From Octopus vulgaris (taxonomy: Eukaryota): DNA of 64,000 bases. Numbering within the stretch: position 1 is the first letter of the stretch; each line of letters begins with the position of its first letter. Shown here piece by piece: positions 56,300 through 64,000 of the stretch. Location: positions 51,212,001-51,276,000 of the forward strand of contig OX597830.1 in NCBI GenBank assembly GCA_951406725.2, written 5' to 3'. The notes under the pieces were generated by a model, which was not told the DNA's origin, made no database searches, and saw nothing but the letters and a program-made list of their open reading frames with translations. The position numbers were made by a program, and so were the translations under genes.

Positions 56300-57280
56300 T
56301 TTTTGATATATTTCATATTGTTTGTCGACCGGTTTCCATTTCACTATTCATGACATTATATTATTGTAATTTAGTATTTTCTTAAGAAAATTTTAGTCCA
56401 TGTTGTGTGTGGAGAAGTTTATAAGTGAATAATTCAACAAGTAGAAAAATCTAAGGGGAAGTAAGTATTGGGTATAATGGCGGTAATCGTTCATCCGCAG
56501 GGGAGGGGATAAATATACACACACTTCAAAAGCTAAAGCAGTGAGGAGAAATATGTACAGTGACGGGTATGTAATCATGAATAAAAACATATACTGATAT
56601 CAAAGTTCTTTATGCGTTCATATTTAGACGTGTTCTGTATTTTTTGATGAACAAATTTTCTTTATTTAAACGTTCTTGTATAGAAATCGCTTCTCTGCAC
56701 TGGTAGATGGGGAAAACTGTGAAGTTTGGTTGGATATTACCTGTGCATCTCTGTATGTGCGCACTCAAAGAAATCTGTTTATATTGCTGGAACCAGATGT
56801 GTTCCTTTTGTAGTGTGGTTCTCCATCATACTTGTTGTCCTATATAGTTTTGTCCACAACCTGAGCAAGTTATAACATAAATTAGATTCTCGGAAGCACA
56901 AGTGAAGTTGGTTTTAATTGTCAACTTCTCTCCTTGTTTGAATAGGAATTCCGAGCGTTCCAGTCGGTTGGGGCATATTCCACAGTTCGAGCGTCCACAA
57001 TTTTTAACCGTTGATTTTATGGATGTTGTTTAAAGCTTCGCATTTGTTAGAACTATTTTTAGCGATTTGTATTGCTTTTTGCATTTGATGAATTTATGTG
57101 TTTTCAGAATGTTGTACACTTTTGGATCTCTTGTGCGCATAAACAGATTTTCTGCAATAGTGTTGTATGCCTCATTGTTTCTAGGGTTGTCAGTTGATAT
57201 ATGCAGTAGTGTTTTTAGATAAAGTGTGGTGTTACATTTTATTTCCCTTGGTGTTTTAATGTCTAATTTCTTAGCACGAT
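56300..57280 (-). mobile_element. Penelope-like (Neptune-type) relic with GIY-YIG and pLTR
   Basis: Minus strand: CGRSNCGIC..FTCASENLIYVITCSGCGQNYIGQ..HIQRC..FTVFPIYQ, then an AT-rich tail with an HHR remnant. Confidence 0.8.
56323..56355 (-). ncRNA. Degenerate hammerhead in the 3' pLTR of a PLE relic
   Basis: Minus strand: tgtc-ATGAATA-gtgaaatg-GAAA-CCGG-TC-gaca; core mutated; lies downstream of the GIY-YIG ORF relic on the same strand. Confidence 0.4.
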
Positions 57281-57640
57281 CTTTTATCTTTTACTTGTTC
57301 CAGTCATTAGATTGCGGCTATGCTGAGGCACAGTCTTGAAGAAGACTGGGCCTTATTGTTTTTTTCAGCCCGTTACTTAATTTTATCGGTCTATTTTACC
57401 GAACCACCAAGTTGTGAGGATGTAAGCACAGTAAACACACCGACCACACCAACACCGGCCGATTGTCAAGCAGTGGTGAGGATAAACACAGCCACAAAGA
57501 CACGCACACACACACACACAGACACACAAACACACACACACTCACACACAAATATACATACGTACGGACAGGCATGCATACATAGTTACAACGATACATA
57601 CACACACATAAGTATTGACTGATCCGTCTTTTCCTTTACT
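57280..57640 (-). mobile_element. Decayed SINE family B
   Basis: Partial similarity (ttttacttg..gcggctatgctg..cggtct..ccgaacc). Confidence 0.55.
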
Positions 57641-57868
57641 TCCACCAAAATCAAAACCAACACTATTAAAAAACCAGTACCACCGCCCTCTCATATCATA
57701 ACTACTACGGTCTGGCTCTTCGGGAACCTTTAACAATGTTCACTGTCTAATTATGACTTGTCCCTATTTTCCATCAAAATGTGAGACCGTAGAAAATGTC
57801 CCAGAATCTGCCCTATCTCCTCACTGCGTCAGAAAACAAAAGCCTGAATATCTTTGTGTGTGTGTGTT

Positions 57869-57915
<47 letters not shown>

Positions 57916-58696
57916 ATCTGCCTGTCTGTCTGTCTGTCTTTCACTATTTTTGTTTTATTATTACAGACACACCTGTGTGCGATATGATTTTAATCTCCTT
58001 ATCCATCCTTCATATCTAGAGTTGATCAAAAACGTTCCAAAGTCCATTAATATTTCGAGACGTTACTTTCATTTTCTGAAGGAAACCTGGATGATAGTGG
58101 TTGTATATTTATTGCCGCAAGATGAATTATGGGATATATTTATCGCCACACTTTTGTAGAAGACTGTAACTACTGATCATAGAAATGAGGTTATAATTCA
58201 TAAAAGCATCAATACTGATGAACGAGAAAGGAACTTTACAAACGATAAACGAATTAAATCGCTTAATGGTAATTTAATTGACCTCCATTTATTCCCCCGA
58301 CAAATTTGATGATTTATTTCCCTTAGTTTGGATCGTTCTGTTTCTTCTATTGCATTTCGTTTCTTTTAGAAGAAATATATTACACCGTGCTTACAGCCAT
58401 TTAGGTATGTATACTTATATAATCACTATTGTCACTGGTGATGGTGTACGTAATGCATGAAGGTTTTGATTTCAAAGTATGGAGAATCCGGCGGTTATTC
58501 ATTTTGATATCTGTAAAAATAATTTATATTGTTTCCAGAATATTTCAATTTCTTAAACCACACGGACACTTTGAGAAGCTCTATCGCAAGATCCCAACTA
58601 CTATTTTGACAACAATGTCCATATATCTATTGCATATATGTATAGATATATATTCACCGTGTTAAAACGTTAATCCCAGCATATTTTTTCTTTATC

Positions 58697-58768
<72 letters not shown>

Positions 58769-58775
58769 TTATCAT

Positions 58776-58820
58776 CTCTTTATGTCGAAGAGCAGCATAG
58801 GCTCGAAACGTGAAAGACTT
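58776..58820 (+). ncRNA. Degenerate hammerhead-like motif in a probable PLE tail
   Basis: tcGAAGAgc-agcatag-gctcGAAACGTgaaaga; partial core with a gagc/gctc helix. Confidence 0.35.
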
Positions 58821-60018
58821 TTCCATTCTTCCCAAGCATCAAACTAATACACCTGTTTGTTCCCTCACTTGTTTTTGTCCTTTGCTTTCTGTACATTTGA
58901 ACCATATATACATGCATGCATACATACGTACGCACGTATATATGTATTATATATGCATATATAACTTTAAACTGCATCCGGTAATAGGGCCCTGGCATTG
59001 GTGGTCCTTAGGTTTTGTAGAGTGTGAAACCACCTTTTCGCCACGGTTGTTCTCAGATTTACTTTGACCTAGGTTAGTAGGCTCTGTTAGGGACCCATTA
59101 ATACAACAACCACCATTTGGACCAATGGGAATGAAGGAGCCCTAGTCCCGTTAGAACTTCTAGATGGCAAACTCATATTTAAAAAAAAACCTAAATTGCA
59201 GTTGGTTTCTAGTTGTCACATTTTATTTTACGCAACTGGTTTTATAGCTGATTGCGCTGAAAAATGGGGTCATTGCAGAGCAATATTTTAACCACTCAGA
59301 GCAAATTCGTTTACAGGACCTTTTTGAGCTCTCAAAACATTTACGCGGACTCCTTGAGTTTAGTTGTTCTTACTCGTTACGAGTTAACTCCCGCTATGTA
59401 TGTGTGTATGCATGTATGTATGCGACCCACCCTCTTACGGAATAGCTGGTTTCAATCAGATGTATTTTTATATTTCTGCCAATATATGATATAATACAAT
59501 ATAGTTATAATAAAAGAAGTTTAAGATTCCAGTATCTACATGTCTACAACAACGTTACGTGTGATCTCAGTCGATTGTGCGAGGGATTAATTTAACCTTC
59601 GTAATTCGTGCAAACAACTAAGGTGAGAGAGAGTGGGGGGGCTGGGGGTGGGGAGAAAGAGTGAGACAGAGAGTGAATACAACGACGGCAACGCCCTGAA
59701 CTACTGTAGAGATCTTATCAAAATTAGGACAAAACTGGCCCTTAAATAAGCATAATCTATCACCCCTCGTCCTACCGTTGCTGTTCTATCTACTACCACT
59801 ATCACCACCACCACCGCCGCCGCCGCCACTACCACTAAGCCAATTCTGCTATTTCACATTCACTCCTCCTTCCATTCTTTTCTTTCTGTTTTATCAATAT
59901 ATCTTTTCTCTATGTTTACCTTTATTTCTCTCTCTCTGACTCTCTTTGTATTTCTCTTTGCCTCTCATTTTGTCTCATTGTTTCTTTGTCATTATTTGTA
60001 TTATTTCCTGCCCGTCTG

Positions 60019-60055
<37 letters not shown>

Positions 60056-60114
60056 CCTCTCTTTCTCCTGCTCTCTCTCCCTCCCTGTCTCTCTCTTGCT
60101 CCTCTCTTGCTCCT

Positions 60115-60184
<70 letters not shown>

Positions 60185-60479
60185 GTATTTGTGTGTGTGT
60201 GTGTATGTTCTTTTCCTCTTTAATTTAGAGTTAATTTTGACTGGCCTCCTGCTTAGTAGCAAGCTTGTCATGGAAAACCTCCCGTTCAATTCATTATTCT
60301 TTCAAACTTTAGGTGTCGCAGTTTTTTATAACCCCAGATATCGTGATTATTTGTCGTTTATGGATCAAGGATTACCATTATCTCCCCAAGAACACAAGTT
60401 CATCCACAGTTTGCCCCAGACGAGTTGGAACGTCTCTCACTGCTTCAAAAGTAAGAAGTGTGAAGTTGAAAGTGTATCT

Positions 60480-61060
60480 TGATTTGCAAACTTGATTTGC
60501 AAACTCTTTATCAATGGACCATAAATCTCCTCATTCTCCTCGATTTTTCTAACCACACTGGTGCCCAGTGGACGGCTATTTTCCACAAAAGATCATATCT
60601 TTTGCCCTGTGACCCCGCCCAACAGCACCTGGCTAGTTGAGTTTTAAGTTGGTGTCTATTTCAATTTTTAAGTTCCACCAATATCTTTTTCACCTATCGG
60701 TCTCAATAGAGTAAACTTTGTCTTTTGATGTTTCCTATTCTTCCTTATCTTGTTTCAGACTGTTCCAGCTATGGCACTATGCCGCATGAGAAGATAATAC
60801 CAGGAAGACATCTAACAGTGGGCAACAATGTGGTTGATGTTTTCAGTCATGGTTTGCTCAGCCTACATGTATTGTTTGTCCGTGATTTCTATTATTATGC
60901 TGCAGTCACTTTGTGTGAATCTCTTGTTCTTGAACTGCAGGGAGGAAACTTGTCGGTACTTCATGCGAATTGATACGATCAATTCGCTCTATAGTTTGTG
61001 TCTTTCGTGCCAAGTATCCATGCACTGTCCTCTCAATGAAATGCACCATATTTTGTTCCT
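60480..61060 (-). mobile_element. Decayed RLE element fragment
   Basis: Minus strand: AVQEQEIHTK..TCRL..ENINHIVAHC..SSWYYLLMRH. Confidence 0.6.
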
Positions 61061-62327
61061 TTGATAAATAGAATTTACCAATGCTCTTTAGAGCGAAATC
61101 TTTATTTTATGTCCCTCCTCAATCCTATTTACGTCCTTGAATTTATGGTCACAGACTTAGGTTAGATAGATACTGGTCACTTTCCTCTGCTGCAGATGTT
61201 ACTGTAGTGTCACAATATGTGCTTTAAGAAAAGAAAATCTCAGTTGACATCCTATCATTTCATTATTCAAAATGTCCAGCAAGTACATAAACACCTCTTA
61301 TCCTCTAAGTTAACTGAATATACCAATAAATAAAACATCACACTCAAGTTTAACTCTCTCCTAACCATATTTCTAACTCAAACACATACTGGTAAGATCT
61401 TTCAATTCATTTTCAAAAGAATCAAAAATTTCAAAACAGATCTAGTTGTAGAATAATTGTATTATTTATTAGTTATTTAACCTCCAAGTCAACCCTATCG
61501 TCATCCTGGTATTTTAAAGGTATATCTAGAACAATATTATCTAATGTATGCTTTCTTTAAGATGGCAAAGTTGATTTCAGGAACATTTAGCTGTTATTTC
61601 TAGCCTTGGACTGGTGTATGTATAACAGTAGGCGTCATGAAAATATAACTAAAATACAGAAAAACATAAATTTAAGACCACAGACAGCCACCATCTTTCC
61701 GTAGTAAATATAGCCTATCTACAACTCTATTGATGCTTAAGTTTTCTGTAATACTGAGCAGCTTGTAAATTCAAAAATCTATCTCACTAAGTTCTTGTAG
61801 TGACCGATTCAGAAGGCCAAATGTAGGCATGAGGGCAAACACTGCAAAAGTGTTGTGTGTCAGATGACAATATCTTTTTTTACTCTCTTGTGGTACTCAT
61901 TCTTCGTCTTCTCCTTATTGATGGGTCCCTCATTACTGTTTTCTCATTCTTTTCGAGATATTTGTAAATTTCCCCAGACAGGAATATATATATGAAATAT
62001 ATGCTTGGATAGGCACAGCTTTCACTCACACATTTCCAGAAGGTTCTACAATAAACGTTTTAGTTCCGGCAGCAAACATATGCACGAAATTTGGGGAGAA
62101 ACTATTGAACGGTTTGTAACACGCTAACATGGTTAATGAGGCGTGTTGGTATCAGAAAATTTGAAACGTTTCACATTTCAAGTAAGTATTTCAGATGACA
62201 ACGTCTCACATAGAGGCAAGATGGAGTAAACTAGAGTCGGGTGAAATAAGGTGTAATACGATTGGAGCATTGAAGTAGACATCACAAAAATCATAGAATC
62301 AAGTAATGGCTATGATATGTGATGTGA

Positions 62328-62378
<51 letters not shown>

Positions 62379-62498
62379 GCGCGTGTTTATGTGTCTGTTA
62401 TTGTAGAATTATAGTTTTAAAACATTTCAGGAATAAAATAAGCTATGATGGAGGAAATTCAACTTGTGCGAGCGATGCGGTATGTACGTGTGTATGTA

Positions 62499-62578
<80 letters not shown>

Positions 62579-62628
62579 ATGGATTTTTTCTTGTCGGGAG
62601 AGTATGTATGTATGTAACGATCTCTATA

Positions 62629-62676
<48 letters not shown>

Positions 62677-62819
62677 CCATATACAAATATATATATATTT
62701 ATGTATATATATATTGAGAATGCATTTTTATCAATATATGTAGCTAAACATACACACACGCATGCACACGCACACGCACACACACACATACACACAAGAA
62801 TATATACATATATATATAT

Positions 62820-62857
<38 letters not shown>

Positions 62858-63484
62858 GCTATAGGTGGGGGTCGCAAAATTTGTAATGGGGCCAACCTGA
62901 GTGAATTCTGATTCCTCGTTTTTCCCCTACCTGTTTGCAACCTTTAAAATGCCAGTATTGCATCATCATTTTGTACTGTTGCATCATCTTTGGGCGTAAA
63001 AATTGGTCAGCGTAGTTGTTGTCTTTGTTGTTGTTGTTGCTGCACGGTTGGTCAATTACTAACTGGAACCCGGACATAAATATATACCGCTCTAGATCCT
63101 AATGTAAGCGTTATTAATAATATTATGAATGATAATAATGATAACATTAATGATATTGACAACGATAATATTGCTAACTTTAATGACACTTTAGAAATTA
63201 GTATGAAGCAATATAATGTACTATTGACTATGTATATTTGCATCTAGTTACTAATTTGTGTATGTTTATTATCACAATATTGAGTCGAAAAACTGAGACA
63301 TTAGATGTAGAATACATATATATGTTTACTAATTTATATTATTTACTTATATCATTATGTATATGTATATTTTTATATGTATAAGAGTGTGAGTATACGC
63401 TCTCATATGTATATGTATATGTTGTATTATGGGTATGCATCCACACCCATGTGGGTATATATGTAGACTGATTTATATTACGTA

Positions 63485-63611
63485 ATCTCCGAAGAGGCCT
63501 TATGATATTTTTGTAAATGTCTCATTTATATCTATATATTGACCTACCATAAAGGGCTAATCTTGGTAAAATGAGACATACTTATCTCCATGGCCGAAAC
63601 AGCTGTAAGAT
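63485..63611 (+). ncRNA. Hammerhead ribozyme variant with about 100-nt extended stem II
   Basis: atct-CCGAAGA-ggcc...ggcc-GAAA-CAGCTG-TA-agat; internal 11-bp helix 63517-63527/63569-63579; palindromic stem III acagctgt. Confidence 0.7.
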
Positions 63612-63855
63612 GTAATCTATACTTATATTTATATTTACTCATATTTAAATTCTCTTTTATATACATTGTACTTATTATACAACATTACTTTTTTATGTAC
63701 ACTTTTTTTATGTACATTCCTTTATGTGCACTGATTTGTTCTGCTTTTTATATCTAACCCTATAGTCTCTTATGTGGTGGTTTAATAAAGTATGTGATTG
63801 AGAATTATCTGGTAATTGATATTTGATTTAGATGTATTTCTCCATTTTCTTATCT

Positions 63856-63898
<43 letters not shown>

Positions 63899-64000
63899 GC
63901 GTTTGAGTGCGTGTGTCTTTGTCCTCAACCACTTCTTGGAAACTAGTGTTTACGGCCCCGTAACTTAGCGTTTCGACAAAAGAGACATGTAGAATAAGTT

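Overview
AT-rich, microsatellite-saturated eukaryotic DNA. The repeat content most resembles an octopus (coleoid cephalopod) genome; this is inferred, not searched. No intact host gene is recognisable, and nearly all listed ORFs are translations of simple repeats. The window is a mosaic of tRNA-derived SINEs (at least 4 families), non-LTR retrotransposon relics (RTE, CR1/L2-like, R4/Dong-like RLE elements), three Penelope-like (PLE; RT/GIY-YIG) relics, Tc1/mariner and hAT relics and MITEs, and two non-autonomous Helitrons. The strongest hidden signal is a set of about 9 loci with hammerhead-ribozyme (HHR) motifs. One has a fully intact core and is present twice, in inverted orientation, inside a fold-back with 212-bp arms. 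Short non-coding fold-back elements sit in (TA)n tracts, two of them carrying HHRs, and resemble inverted Penelope pseudo-LTRs. Different retroelement families also appear to occupy different microsatellites: (TA)n, (TAA)n, (CATA)n and (TAC/TAT)n. Coordinates were counted by eye and the ends of decayed elements are approximate.
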